From NCBI GenBank assembly GCA_018238625.1, contig JABCSY010000016.1:1-52924 (forward strand): DNA of 52,924 bases, given 5' to 3'. Origin of the DNA: Promethearchaeota archaeon (GTDB lineage: Archaea > Asgardarchaeota > Lokiarchaeia > Sigyniarchaeales > SOKP01). The notes below the pieces were generated by a model. It saw nothing but the letters and a program-made list of their open reading frames with translations. It ran no database searches and had not been told where the DNA came from. A program made the translations under genes and the position numbers. Positions 29,823-40,026 of the stretch are shown here, piece after piece (positions within the stretch are counted from its first letter, which is position 1; each line of letters starts with the position of its first letter).

Positions 29823-30098
29823 TATTCAATTTTAGTTATAATAATAAATATAAAATCGTCTTTAAATTTTTTGTTTGGAGATGTTTTAATAAATACTTAG
29901 GCTTTATTTTCAAATTCGTAATAATCTAAACAAGATTAATAGCAATCGATTCGTAACTGAAAATATCTTACACGCTAACAATAAATTAATAATTTGTTAA
30001 TATAAATTTCTTTTAAATTTGGAACGCTATTAATATTAAATGTTAATACAATTTGCAATTCCGCTAAAAATACGATTCTATATTAATGAGGGGTAAAT

Positions 30099-30824
30099 TT
30101 GCTTAAGAAAAAGGTATATGTACATCAGAACATCCCTTATGCTTTTAATTGGAATCTTGCTCATCATAAGGAAAAGATTTTGCAAAAAACCCCTAATCGA
30201 GAAGAATTCATTAAGTTAGGTTCCTATTTTAAGAGAATATACAAAGGAGAGATTCCCAATGACTTGTTCAATTTACAAGGACTTTCTCGCGTCTCACAAT
30301 TTAAAATGAGAGGGTTAAAACCGGCTTTTATCGCAAGTTTTAGTAAAAAATTAATTCGAGAAGGAAAAATACGGTACCTCGGTTCCGATTCTAAATTACC
30401 AAATTACACGCAAAATGTATTTGAAAGTTTTAAAATCAATAAAATTGGAAAAGTTCCCGGTCACGATCCTGTTTTAAAGAACATTTTAATCAAAGATAAG
30501 AATTCAGTCGCAATTGAAGTTCCAATCTGGAAAGAGGTTAACAATAGCTACATTACAGGACACATAGATCTTATTCAAATTGAAGACAACACAGTAAAAG
30601 TGATTGATTATAAACCAGAAGGAAACTTTATGAATTCATTACCACAAGTTGCTACTTATGGGCTTTTAATAAAGTCAAAATTTGAATTGCAACAAATTAA
30701 ATGCCTCTCTTTCAATAAAACGGAAGCCTGGGAATATGACCCCTTAATTTTGTTAACAGAGGTAAAGGATTATTTGGTTTCTCATCGAATTAATAAAAGG
30801 AAATGGGAAGACTTCGTAAATTAA
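30099..30824 (+). CDS. PD-(D/E)XK nuclease (RecB-like C-terminal domain)
   Basis: IEVP, GHIDLI, IDYKP, QVATY motifs. Confidence 0.85.
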   Translation: MLKKKVYVHQNIPYAFNWNLAHHKEKILQKTPNREEFIKLGSYFKRIYKGEIPNDLFNLQGLSRVSQFKMRGLKPAFIASFSKKLIREGKIRYLGSDSKLPNYTQNVFESFKINKIGKVPGHDPVLKNILIKDKNSVAIEVPIWKEVNNSYITGHIDLIQIEDNTVKVIDYKPEGNFMNSLPQVATYGLLIKSKFELQQIKCLSFNKTEAWEYDPLILLTEVKDYLVSHRINKRKWEDFVN

Positions 30825-30831
30825 TTCTAAT

Positions 30832-31095
30832 TTACTTAAATGATTTCTTCCCTTTTTGCACTACTTCATCTTCTTCTGGCGTAAAATGCTTTTGTAAAAA
30901 TAAGTAGCTCAGAAATAAGCCAATTGCTTCTATAACTATTCCGGTAAAAGCAATTATTGTCCCATTATATCCTAGATGCCTTAATAATAAAGCACATCCT
31001 AAACCCGAAGTTGCGCAAACAAAAAGAATAAACCCTTTAATTATTTGAGAAAACGAATCTTTTATATAACCCAATTCTTTTTTAAGCCACGACAT
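30832..31095 (-). CDS. small two-TM membrane protein
   Basis: Two hydrophobic helices. Confidence 0.65.
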   Translation of the reverse strand: MSWLKKELGYIKDSFSQIIKGFILFVCATSGLGCALLLRHLGYNGTIIAFTGIVIEAIGLFLSYLFLQKHFTPEEDEVVQKGKKSFK

Positions 31096-31197
31096 GGTTT
31101 AATCATACGCGTTTAATGGTGTTTTAAATTAAAATTTGTAAATAAATTAAATTATGATGATTTTAATATTTTTGTTATTTTATTTTGACGCGTTTAA

Positions 31198-33609
31198 TTA
31201 TTTCTTCGGTTTTTTCTTGAATTTTAAATAAACTGCGGCGTCTAAAAGTACCCCAATCTTTTTTGCAATTTCTTTAGCTATTTCGTATCTCTCTCCATCA
31301 AGCATTTTATCAATTTCAACAGAATTTGGAGCATGACCCAATCTTTTAGATAAAAATCTATCTATAATAGCAGAGACATCAGATTTAATTCTGTCATAAT
31401 TAGATAAATCCATATTTACCATGTGAAATTTAATTTTTTCTACAGCAAAATGAAAAAATTCACAAAATCTATTAAAGCAGCCACCTTCTAATCTGCTATG
31501 TATTATAATTTGTTCAATTGCGATTTTATTATCCTTTTTTTGCCAATAAAATTGATTGGGGTTCAAACCAGGACGATTTATACCCATTAAAGTAGACGTT
31601 ATTTTCCGTTCAATCCAATTAAGAGTGTTTTCTTCTTGTATTTTACGAATTTCTATTTTTTTTTCTTTCTCTATTTTTTTTTCAGCTTCTGTGGCAATAT
31701 CAACTTTTTCTTTCTCCCCTTCTTTAAAGCTCTCAAATCTTTTGATTAAGTCATAGGCGATACAATATGAAATGGGGGATATTAAATCGGCCTCTAATTT
31801 TAAAGGTAAAATTTCTTTGTAGATATAGCTATCTTCATTTTTCAATTCAAAAATGCTTTCCTTTAATGATGTGTTAGTTAAACGCGACAATATAAAACCA
31901 TTTACAAGAAAAACTTGATTATTAGCGTTAAAAACAACAACCAATTCGTTTTGCCTTTTTATCAAACGCTCGATGCTTAATTCTTCTAATTTTATTTGAA
32001 CCCAATCTTCAATATCTATAGTTTTTCCTGTTTGTTTTAACGCTGAAGTAAATAACGCTTTATCGTTTGAAACTAGGCCATATAATTCAATGATCCGACT
32101 TAGTTGTCTTAAAAATTTAGATAAAAGAAAGTAAAATAGATCTTTCACTAAATTATTCAAAATCTTATCAAAATCATTAAGAAGAATTATTTGGGAATAA
32201 TTGCTCAAACCTAAATCTTGGAAAAAGATTTTGTCGATAATTTGCTTTTTTCTTACGAATTCTCTTAAGTCATTAATTGAGAAATTCAACTTCTCTTCTA
32301 GAATCTTCCATAACTCTTCAAGTTCAACATCGTTTCTATAAAGAATTTTTATCAGGCTAAATTCTGTAAAATTCCCAAATTTTGTAATTATGTTTTCAAG
32401 AAAGGGAAATTTAAGATTGCACAATGTTTTTTTTGCTAAATTAATTAAATTTTTCTTTTTATCGTTTAAAGCAATTAAATCTTGTTCTTTAATGTTATAT
32501 CTAATCATATTTTTCTTTACATTTTCAACTAACTCATAATCGACATTAATTAAATGTAAAGTGTCCTTAATTCCCCTTTTGTTAATTAAAAAAATAATAT
32601 CTTCAAAACTAGATTCATATAAACTTTGAAGAAAATAAATAAAATCGTTTGGATTTGTCTTAAATTGCTTTATTAATTCAAATTTTAATTCTGATAGGAT
32701 TTTCTCCTCAAATTGTTCATAATTTATATTTTCTTTGAAGGCACCCTCAATAGATCCTATTATTCTCTTTTTTAAATTATTTCCTTCTAAATAATTTCTT
32801 AATCCTGGAACTGAAATTGGAAACTTATTAAATTCATGCTCTAAGATTTTTTTTTTTATCATTCTTATAGGCATTGTCTGAACTTGTAACTCCTTGTATG
32901 ATTTGAACTGAAATTGCTTTTGCATTTTTTCGATTAAGCGATTCAACGTGGATACTTCAATGTATTTATCCTCTTTATCCTCACTTTCTAATTTTTTTTC
33001 CATTTCAATCGATGTTGCTTTAAGTCCCGCGCTTTCCGCTAAGATTTCTCTTTTTGTAATATCATTAAGCCCAATTAAATCTCCAATAAAATCATAAAAA
33101 TAAAATGATGGGAATTTAGAGATAATATTTAACAATTCGCGTTCAATTTGGGTTTCAATATCGTTTATTTTTTTTTCTCTCTGAGTTTGTTGAAGATTAC
33201 CCGTTCTTTCTTCAATTAATAGCGTCAAAAACAAATTCTCTAAATCTATTATATTGTTAAATATGCTTCCTTCCAATTCAAATGATGTTTTTAAAAAAGA
33301 ATCAACTTCCTCTATCAAAATTTTTTTCTCTTTTAATTCTAGCTCTTTAGTTGAATCGAAAGTAAATTTATTTGACTCCAACGATTCTTGCACTTTAATA
33401 CCCATATAATGGTACAAATGTACTGCCGCCGTAGCAACAAGCAGTGAGCGTAATGTAGGATTTGTGTGAATCAATGCAAAAATTATCTTTTTATCGGCAT
33501 CTCGCTTCAAGTGCGAAATTATCAGGTCAATCGTCTGAAAGAATCTATAGGTGCTTTCTACAGCAGTTGTTTTTCGTTTTACTCCACTTATCATAAATCT
33601 TTTATCCAC
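31198..33609 (-). CDS. large hypothetical alpha-helical protein (803 aa)
   Basis: Long ORF, E/K/L/I rich; overlaps the upstream gene by 19 nt. Confidence 0.8.
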   Translation of the reverse strand: MDKRFMISGVKRKTTAVESTYRFFQTIDLIISHLKRDADKKIIFALIHTNPTLRSLLVATAAVHLYHYMGIKVQESLESNKFTFDSTKELELKEKKILIEEVDSFLKTSFELEGSIFNNIIDLENLFLTLLIEERTGNLQQTQREKKINDIETQIERELLNIISKFPSFYFYDFIGDLIGLNDITKREILAESAGLKATSIEMEKKLESEDKEDKYIEVSTLNRLIEKMQKQFQFKSYKELQVQTMPIRMIKKKILEHEFNKFPISVPGLRNYLEGNNLKKRIIGSIEGAFKENINYEQFEEKILSELKFELIKQFKTNPNDFIYFLQSLYESSFEDIIFLINKRGIKDTLHLINVDYELVENVKKNMIRYNIKEQDLIALNDKKKNLINLAKKTLCNLKFPFLENIITKFGNFTEFSLIKILYRNDVELEELWKILEEKLNFSINDLREFVRKKQIIDKIFFQDLGLSNYSQIILLNDFDKILNNLVKDLFYFLLSKFLRQLSRIIELYGLVSNDKALFTSALKQTGKTIDIEDWVQIKLEELSIERLIKRQNELVVVFNANNQVFLVNGFILSRLTNTSLKESIFELKNEDSYIYKEILPLKLEADLISPISYCIAYDLIKRFESFKEGEKEKVDIATEAEKKIEKEKKIEIRKIQEENTLNWIERKITSTLMGINRPGLNPNQFYWQKKDNKIAIEQIIIHSRLEGGCFNRFCEFFHFAVEKIKFHMVNMDLSNYDRIKSDVSAIIDRFLSKRLGHAPNSVEIDKMLDGERYEIAKEIAKKIGVLLDAAVYLKFKKKPKK

Positions 33610-35897
33610 TCTCTATATACTTCCTTAAAATTATCTGCGATATCATATTTGGCTTTTTTATGCCAATATTTAAAATTAAAAGTGTGATATAAATCAGCAT
33701 TAAACAATTCTTTTTCTTCATTTGTTAATTCATGCTTTAAAATCAAGGATACAGGCCTAGGTATTAACTTCGAGAAGTACTTCAGTTTTCTCTCTTTTAT
33801 GTAATTATAGAACGTTTCTGCCCCATTTATACTGAAATATTTAACGGGAATTATATTTTCTCGATTAATGTTTAATAAATTAATTTCCTTTTCAATACTA
33901 TTTTGAATGTATTTTGGAAATTCTGTCTTTATATCAATGCAAAATTCATAATGCTTATAAAAATCTATTAGATGATCTTTCTCCCTTACATCTGAGACGG
34001 TTAGGATATATTTATCTAACAACTTGAGGAAACTTTCTGGTTCTTGCTCTTTTGATTCCCTTTCTTCAAGATATCTTACGAAATCAAATACGGTCTCATC
34101 TAAAGACCAATTTCTTTTTTCTTCTATTTTGAAGAATTTCTTAGCATAATCCTTTATCCATTCTAATACATAAGTTTTCCAGGCTAAATCAATCCCACCA
34201 ACTCTCTTTTCTAAGAATCGATGAAATCTATTCGTAAAAGTTACTGGGTCTGTTATTTCAACATCTGGCTCTTCTTTTAAAAACCGATTTATCGTAGTAT
34301 ATCTCAGAATATAATTCAATAAATATTTTAATTCGTTAGAATATCTTTCAAATTTAATTATATGTGATTTTATTACGTTCGAGTCTTTTTCCATTTGAAT
34401 TTCTGCAAAAGCAATTAAATCACTAATATTTAACTTAATCCCTTCAAAGAACGGTTTAATATTCCTATTTACTATTTTTTTAAATTCTTTTGTTAAAGAA
34501 TCTTCATTGAATTTAACTAATTTTGACAATACACTTGGGCTTATTTCTATTTGACTTATTAAATATTGCTCAAACTTAGTCAATATGTTTTGGCCTAAAG
34601 TTTTCGAAGGTTTTTGTTCTTTATCGAATTTTTCGTTTAAATTACCAATAAAATAACAAGTCAAGGTTTTTAGTCTGCGTCTCGAAAGATATTGAGGAAA
34701 CGACTCTATTATTAGCTTAAAACTATTCTTAATAACTTCAGCAAAATAATTGATTACAGAGCTTAATTCTATAGCTCTAAATTTTTCTCCACTACTAATT
34801 GATAGCTTTATAGATTCAGTAGCAAATTGACAAAGTTCTTTAAAAATAGTAAGGTTGTTTCCAGCAATACCAATAATGTATTTGTTATATTTATCCAAAA
34901 GTTCGAGCAAATCTCCAGTCTCCCCCGTAGTTAGAAATTTTTTAGAGTATTTTAAAAAATTGTCAGCAATTTGCTCTAATTCTTTTATTATACTTTCAAT
35001 ATTAGAAATTACCCAATCTCCAGAATGTAATTCTTTAACATTCTCAAGTTTTTCTTTGATTTTTACGATAAGAAAAGAGATTAACTTATCTTGTATTTCA
35101 TCTATCGTCCCCGTATTTGCTAATTTAAGGAGATTCGTCCCTAAGTTTAAGGTTTTTTCTATTATAAAATTAGCACTAGGCTCAGATATTGTGTATTTAA
35201 GATGATCAATTGTCGCTTTACCCGTATATGGAGATTTATGGCGCTCATATTTATGATTTGAAAATAAGATTTCAATAGGTCTTTTATTCCATAGAAATTT
35301 GGTGTCAGATTTTATCGCTGCATAAGTAATTAACATCTCTTTCTCGGTTGGAAGAGAAACATTTAAACCAATTAATTTTTTATTCCATTTATCTTCAATT
35401 AAATCTCCATAGAGTTTTTTGCTAAAACGCATCGCAAATTTTTTAAGAACTTGATTTTTATCATTAGTTCCCAATTCAGGACGATTCGTAAACTCTTCCA
35501 CTTCAAAAAACAGTCTACTAATGTGATTAACAGATTTCCTCGATTTATGAGGATTTAAATAGCCTGTTTCCGGTTTCAAAGCAAGAAGTAAACTTTCACA
35601 GTCTTTAAACTTACCCGGGATTAACAACATAGATTTTGGATAAATATTAACCATCGCATCTTTTTCGTCAAAATTATACAACTCAAATTCAATACTAAAA
35701 ACTTCTGAACCTGAATAATCTCTTAGAATAGAGTTATACATCCGCAAGAACTTAATTACTTCTTGCGTTAGTTCGTTAACTTTTTCTTTAGTTAACTTAC
35801 CCGGCCCAATTACATCACCAACTATTAAATCTGTTGGACTAGAGTAACCAAAAATTAAAGAAAATTGATAATTTATTGATTCTCTTGTAGTTATCAT
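33591..35897 (-). CDS. large hypothetical alpha-helical protein (768 aa)
   Basis: Long ORF; apparent operon partner of the 803-aa gene. Confidence 0.8.
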   Translation of the reverse strand: MITTRESINYQFSLIFGYSSPTDLIVGDVIGPGKLTKEKVNELTQEVIKFLRMYNSILRDYSGSEVFSIEFELYNFDEKDAMVNIYPKSMLLIPGKFKDCESLLLALKPETGYLNPHKSRKSVNHISRLFFEVEEFTNRPELGTNDKNQVLKKFAMRFSKKLYGDLIEDKWNKKLIGLNVSLPTEKEMLITYAAIKSDTKFLWNKRPIEILFSNHKYERHKSPYTGKATIDHLKYTISEPSANFIIEKTLNLGTNLLKLANTGTIDEIQDKLISFLIVKIKEKLENVKELHSGDWVISNIESIIKELEQIADNFLKYSKKFLTTGETGDLLELLDKYNKYIIGIAGNNLTIFKELCQFATESIKLSISSGEKFRAIELSSVINYFAEVIKNSFKLIIESFPQYLSRRRLKTLTCYFIGNLNEKFDKEQKPSKTLGQNILTKFEQYLISQIEISPSVLSKLVKFNEDSLTKEFKKIVNRNIKPFFEGIKLNISDLIAFAEIQMEKDSNVIKSHIIKFERYSNELKYLLNYILRYTTINRFLKEEPDVEITDPVTFTNRFHRFLEKRVGGIDLAWKTYVLEWIKDYAKKFFKIEEKRNWSLDETVFDFVRYLEERESKEQEPESFLKLLDKYILTVSDVREKDHLIDFYKHYEFCIDIKTEFPKYIQNSIEKEINLLNINRENIIPVKYFSINGAETFYNYIKERKLKYFSKLIPRPVSLILKHELTNEEKELFNADLYHTFNFKYWHKKAKYDIADNFKEVYREWIKDL

Positions 35898-36148
35898 AAT
35901 TTCGTTGTTTTTTCAAATTTATTTTTATATAGAATAATAATGATCTATTTTAACTTTTAGCAATAGAAATTATTTTTTTAGAGGATTTTGTTTTCTTCAG
36001 ATAAAAGATTTAAATAGTAACTCTATTAAAAGTAGGAGGAACAAAAAATAAAAAAATAAAAAGTATCAACATTATATTAATAATAATTAGAATATTGAAA
36101 AATCTTTAAATTCAAATAATAAAAAATTACCCCCGAATGTGATGTATT

Positions 36149-36553
36149 ATCGAATTTGGAAGCGATTTAGGAATAGGACCTGAAGAAATTGAAAAAATTA
36201 GCCCTCAAATTACATTTATTACTTCAAACGCAGACATAGAAGCGATTGCTCTCGTAAGCGTAGAGGGGTACCAGATCGCATTTTCAGCGCTTCCGCAATA
36301 TAAAGTTGACGGGGATCAATTCTGTGGGCTAGCGAGCGCATTGCTGATGACCGGAAGCTCAACAATCAAAACATTATTTCAAGAAGAGCTAAGTGAAATA
36401 ATTGTGAGGGCAGAAAACGGCTACATTATCGTCAGTAATGCCGGACGCCTAGTAATTGTATGTGCGGGAACTCTTATTGACACTCTAATGAAGACCGTTA
36501 AGGTAATGAGGGTAGCAGCTAAAAATTTAGCAAATATTTTTGAAGGGAAATAA
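36149..36553 (+). CDS. Roadblock/LC7 (MglB-like) protein; likely non-canonical start (ATC 36149 or ATT 36146)
   Basis: Frame open from 36143: ...DIEAIALVSVEGYQIAFSA...FCGLASALLMTG...LSEIIVRAENGYIIVSNAG = Roadblock pattern; no in-frame ATG/GTG/TTG before 36341. Confidence 0.8.
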   Translation: MEFGSDLGIGPEEIEKISPQITFITSNADIEAIALVSVEGYQIAFSALPQYKVDGDQFCGLASALLMTGSSTIKTLFQEELSEIIVRAENGYIIVSNAGRLVIVCAGTLIDTLMKTVKVMRVAAKNLANIFEGK

Positions 36554-36633
36554 CAAACACATTTCTAACGCAGAGGATTAACTTTATAAGTTTCTGATAA
36601 TAATATCACTATACAAAAGCATGGTTTATATCT

Positions 36634-36684
36634 ATGATTACTGAATATATTCTTTTTTGTTGGCAGTGGTCTTGGCGTTCATGA
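36634..36684 (+). CDS. Trp-rich leader peptide MITEYILFCWQWSWRS upstream of trpB2
   Basis: Three TGG codons within 5 codons; TATA-like TTTATAAG at 36583-36590; 170 nt upstream of trpB2. Confidence 0.65.
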   Translation: MITEYILFCWQWSWRS

Positions 36685-36695
36685 AAACGCTTTTT
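36675..36695 (+). terminator. attenuator-like hairpin GCGTT-CATGAA-AACGC plus TTTTT
   Basis: 5-bp stem overlapping the last Trp codon and the leader stop, followed by T5. Confidence 0.5.
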
Positions 36696-36853
36696 CAATG
36701 GTTAAACCATACTTCGTGCTCTTTTTATTTCTAAACATCGAATTTTAAATTTTAATTGCATTTGCAATTGGGCATTATTATAATTGAGCTCCAATCTTAA
36801 AATGAGACATCATATAAAATAGATGATGAAATAATATTAAAAAGGAATTTGAA

Positions 36854-38254
36854 ATGATAGATTTTAATAAAACAAGAATTTTACTCGAACCAAACGAAAT
36901 ACCAAAGGAATGGGTTAATATTTTACCCGATTTACCTGTCCCTATGACGCCCTTAATAAATCCAATGGATGGAAAACCTGCACCTCCAGAACTTGCTTTT
37001 GCAATATTTCCAAAAGAGTGTGTACTTCAAGAAATTTCTCAAGATCCATTAATCCCCATCCCGAAAGAATTAAGGGAGATTTTTGCAAAATCATACCGCC
37101 CCACCCCTCTTCATAGAGCTTATGGATTAGAAAAAGAACTTGGAATAGTAGGCGATGACATAAAAGTTTTTTTTAAAAACGAATCAGTCTCTCCAACAGG
37201 TTCACACAAACCAAATACAGCTTTAGTTCAAGCCTATTATTCTAAAAGAGATGGGGTGAGTGAGTTGATCACTGAAACTGGAGCGGGCCAATGGGGTTCA
37301 GCTTTGTCCTACGGGTGCAATTTATTCGATATAAATTGCACGGTTTACATGGTACGAGCCAGTTTTTTGCAAAAACCCGGAAGAAATATATTAATGAGGG
37401 CTTTTAATGCACAAGTTCATGCAAGCCCCTCCAACCTTACGGATTCTGGAAAATATTACTATGAAAAAGATCCAGATCACCCCGGAAGTCTAGGAATAGC
37501 TATATCTGAAGCAGTAGAACATAGTATGAGGAGTGATAAAGCAAGATATTCATTGGGTAGCGTTGTAAATTTTGTCCTATTACATCAAACGATAATAGGA
37601 CAAGAGGTGAAAGCTCAACTTAAAAAAATTGATATTCAACCTGATATATTAATAGGATGTATGGGTGGGGGATCTAATCTAGGAGGATTAATAATACCTT
37701 TCGTTAGAGACAAACTGCAAGGCATAAACCCTGATATAGAGATCATTGGAGTAGAACCAAAAGCTTGTCCAAGCGTTAATAAAGGAGAGTACAGATGGGA
37801 TTACGGAGATTCAGCGAAAAAAGCTCCAATTTTAAAAATGTACACGCTTGGACACAATTTCATTCCTAGCCCAATTCACTCAGGTGGTTTACGTTACCAT
37901 GGAATGGCACCGATAATTTCAATTTTATCAAGCAAAAAGATTATCTCGTCTGTTATGCACCATCAAACTGAAGTTATTGCGTCAGGATTAATGTTTGCTA
38001 AAACAGAGGGCATATTACCCGCACCTGAAGCTGCTCACGCTATAAAAGAAACAGTAGATCAAGCCTTATTAGCTAAAGAGAACAACGAAAAAAAGAATAT
38101 TGTGTTCTGTCTAAGTGGTCATGGGTTTTTTGACTTGTTAGCATACAAAGAATATATGATTGGCAATTTAGTAGATTACGAGCTACCGTACAGAGAAATT
38201 CAAAAAGCTTTAAACGCACCTGATATGCCCGATGTTGACGAAACCCGTTTTTAA
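36854..38254 (+). CDS. trpB2: tryptophan synthase beta chain 2 (stand-alone TrpB2)
   Basis: IPKEWVNI, RPTPL, TGSHKPN (PLP Lys), TETGAGQWG, GGLRYHG, LSGHG. Confidence 0.95.
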   Translation: MIDFNKTRILLEPNEIPKEWVNILPDLPVPMTPLINPMDGKPAPPELAFAIFPKECVLQEISQDPLIPIPKELREIFAKSYRPTPLHRAYGLEKELGIVGDDIKVFFKNESVSPTGSHKPNTALVQAYYSKRDGVSELITETGAGQWGSALSYGCNLFDINCTVYMVRASFLQKPGRNILMRAFNAQVHASPSNLTDSGKYYYEKDPDHPGSLGIAISEAVEHSMRSDKARYSLGSVVNFVLLHQTIIGQEVKAQLKKIDIQPDILIGCMGGGSNLGGLIIPFVRDKLQGINPDIEIIGVEPKACPSVNKGEYRWDYGDSAKKAPILKMYTLGHNFIPSPIHSGGLRYHGMAPIISILSSKKIISSVMHHQTEVIASGLMFAKTEGILPAPEAAHAIKETVDQALLAKENNEKKNIVFCLSGHGFFDLLAYKEYMIGNLVDYELPYREIQKALNAPDMPDVDETRF

Positions 38255-38365
38255 GTCAAATCTTCAATTTTTTTATTATTTAATTGTTTATTAATTCACT
38301 TTTAATAAAGATTTTAATATTTCACATATAATATCTATAAGAAAACACAAGGAGATTGTCAATTT

Positions 38366-39457
38366 TTGAATATTTTATCGTTTATTATTACAAACACCTT
38401 ATACCTTTATGGGCTAATCTCATTATATATTGCCCTTTCAGCGAAGAAAAGAGGCGATAGAGGTGCGTTTATTAATAACTTGGTAAACTCTCTAATACTA
38501 ATAATTAGCATAACAATCAATTTAATTACAATCAACTTTTTACACATTTCAAATATTGATTTTATTGTTTTTCCATTTGATATTTTTATGACAATCTTTA
38601 TCATAGTTTTTCTTCCTCTTTTTTATTATTCGATTTATAGAGAAAAGCGGATTGTTAAAAGAGATTTAAAAGAGAAACCTTGGAAAGAAGACTACTCCTT
38701 ATTCTCGGATGTGCTTCCATTTAAATACGAACTCTATAGAAAATTAACCCATTTAGTTGTTTTAGGGATTGTTTTTTTTTACTTCACTTTAGGATTTCTA
38801 GTTCAAAACATATTTGTATATGTTTTAGAGTTTTTTCCTGATATCATTTCAGAGATCTTCTTTTCTATCTATAACATAGAGGCTAACAAAATGATTTTTA
38901 CTCAATATTTAGTAGTTTTTTTGGTTGGGATGTCTTTAATTGGTATGTTATCTGCCGATTTTATTAGAATTTTAAGGCCAGACATCTACCCTTTGAAGCC
39001 AGTTAATCGAATTTTGAGAAAAAAAGAGAGACACATGAGGTTGGGCCCACATATATCTATGGGAATTGGTTGTTTTTCAATAATAATTTTATATGGAATG
39101 TTTCAACCTGTAGGACCTTTGGTAATTTGCACTTCAATGACGATGTCAATTTTTGCTGATATGACTGCAAATTTAGTCGGAAAAAAATTTGGGCGCAAGA
39201 AAATTCGAAATACAAAAAAAACTTATGAGGGGTTATTTGCGGGTATGATCGTTGCCTTTGTCTCTGGAGTTATCACTTTATTGCTTTTAAGACAAATATA
39301 TATGTTAAAACCCGTAAGTTTAATTTTAATTCCCTTTATTGGAGCTATAATTATTGGACTTATAGATTTTTTGGATTTGGAGGTTGACGATAACTTGTCT
39401 TATAATTTTACTGTATCAACAATTTTATTTTTTATATCGATATTAATATTAATTTAA
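38366..39457 (+). CDS. CTP-dependent isoprenoid-alcohol (dolichol/phytol) kinase family membrane protein
   Basis: RKLTH, D..A..VGK.FG, KKTYEG, DDNL motifs; multiple TMs. Confidence 0.8.
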   Translation: MNILSFIITNTLYLYGLISLYIALSAKKRGDRGAFINNLVNSLILIISITINLITINFLHISNIDFIVFPFDIFMTIFIIVFLPLFYYSIYREKRIVKRDLKEKPWKEDYSLFSDVLPFKYELYRKLTHLVVLGIVFFYFTLGFLVQNIFVYVLEFFPDIISEIFFSIYNIEANKMIFTQYLVVFLVGMSLIGMLSADFIRILRPDIYPLKPVNRILRKKERHMRLGPHISMGIGCFSIIILYGMFQPVGPLVICTSMTMSIFADMTANLVGKKFGRKKIRNTKKTYEGLFAGMIVAFVSGVITLLLLRQIYMLKPVSLILIPFIGAIIIGLIDFLDLEVDDNLSYNFTVSTILFFISILILI

Positions 39458-39516
39458 GAAATTGAAGTAATAATTAGTAAAATTTTTCAATTAAATAATT
39501 TTTAATAATTAAGAAA

Positions 39517-40020
39517 ATGTTGGAAGAAAAACTAAAAATAGCCAGATTAAAGAAGGGAACCGTTATTGACCATATTGACGCCGGATACGCGCTAACTATT
39601 ATGAGTTTAACGGGACTTGATGAATCTCCCAATCTTATTACAATTGGTGTTAATGTTTCGTCTAAGAAATACCAAAGAAAAGATATTATAAAAATTGAAG
39701 GGGTTTTTCTTAACAAAAAACAAATGCAACAAATTTCTATACTTTCTCCAAATGCGAACATCTCTTTAATTGAAGAATATAGGGTTATTGAAAAGAAAAA
39801 GGTAAACCTCCCTGTAGTAATTAAAAAATTAATTTTATGCCGAAATAAAACATGCATTTCTAATTCTAATGAACCAATTGAAACAGAATTCATGGTTCTA
39901 GAAGAAAAACCACTGAAAATTCAATGCATATATTGCAACAGGATATATAAATTGGACGAAATAGTCTTTAGTTCTAAGGGGAAGATTGAGAAGAAAATAA
40001 AACAAACAATACAATTATAG
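39517..40020 (+). CDS. pyrI: aspartate carbamoyltransferase regulatory subunit
   Basis: GTVIDHI, KDIIKIE, CRNKTCISN...CIYC Zn site. Confidence 0.95.
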   Translation: MLEEKLKIARLKKGTVIDHIDAGYALTIMSLTGLDESPNLITIGVNVSSKKYQRKDIIKIEGVFLNKKQMQQISILSPNANISLIEEYRVIEKKKVNLPVVIKKLILCRNKTCISNSNEPIETEFMVLEEKPLKIQCIYCNRIYKLDEIVFSSKGKIEKKIKQTIQL

Positions 40021-40026
40021 TTTGAT

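Noticed and set aside
29747-29929. 60-aa plus-strand ORF
   Set aside because: Antisense shadow of tRNA-Arg.
30099-30824. Cas4/CRISPR association of the PD-(D/E)XK nuclease
   Set aside because: No Cas4 cysteine cluster, no other cas genes and no repeat-spacer array seen in the window.
39517-40020. pyrI without adjacent pyrB
   Set aside because: Separation of pyrB and pyrI occurs in archaea; pyrB is probably elsewhere.
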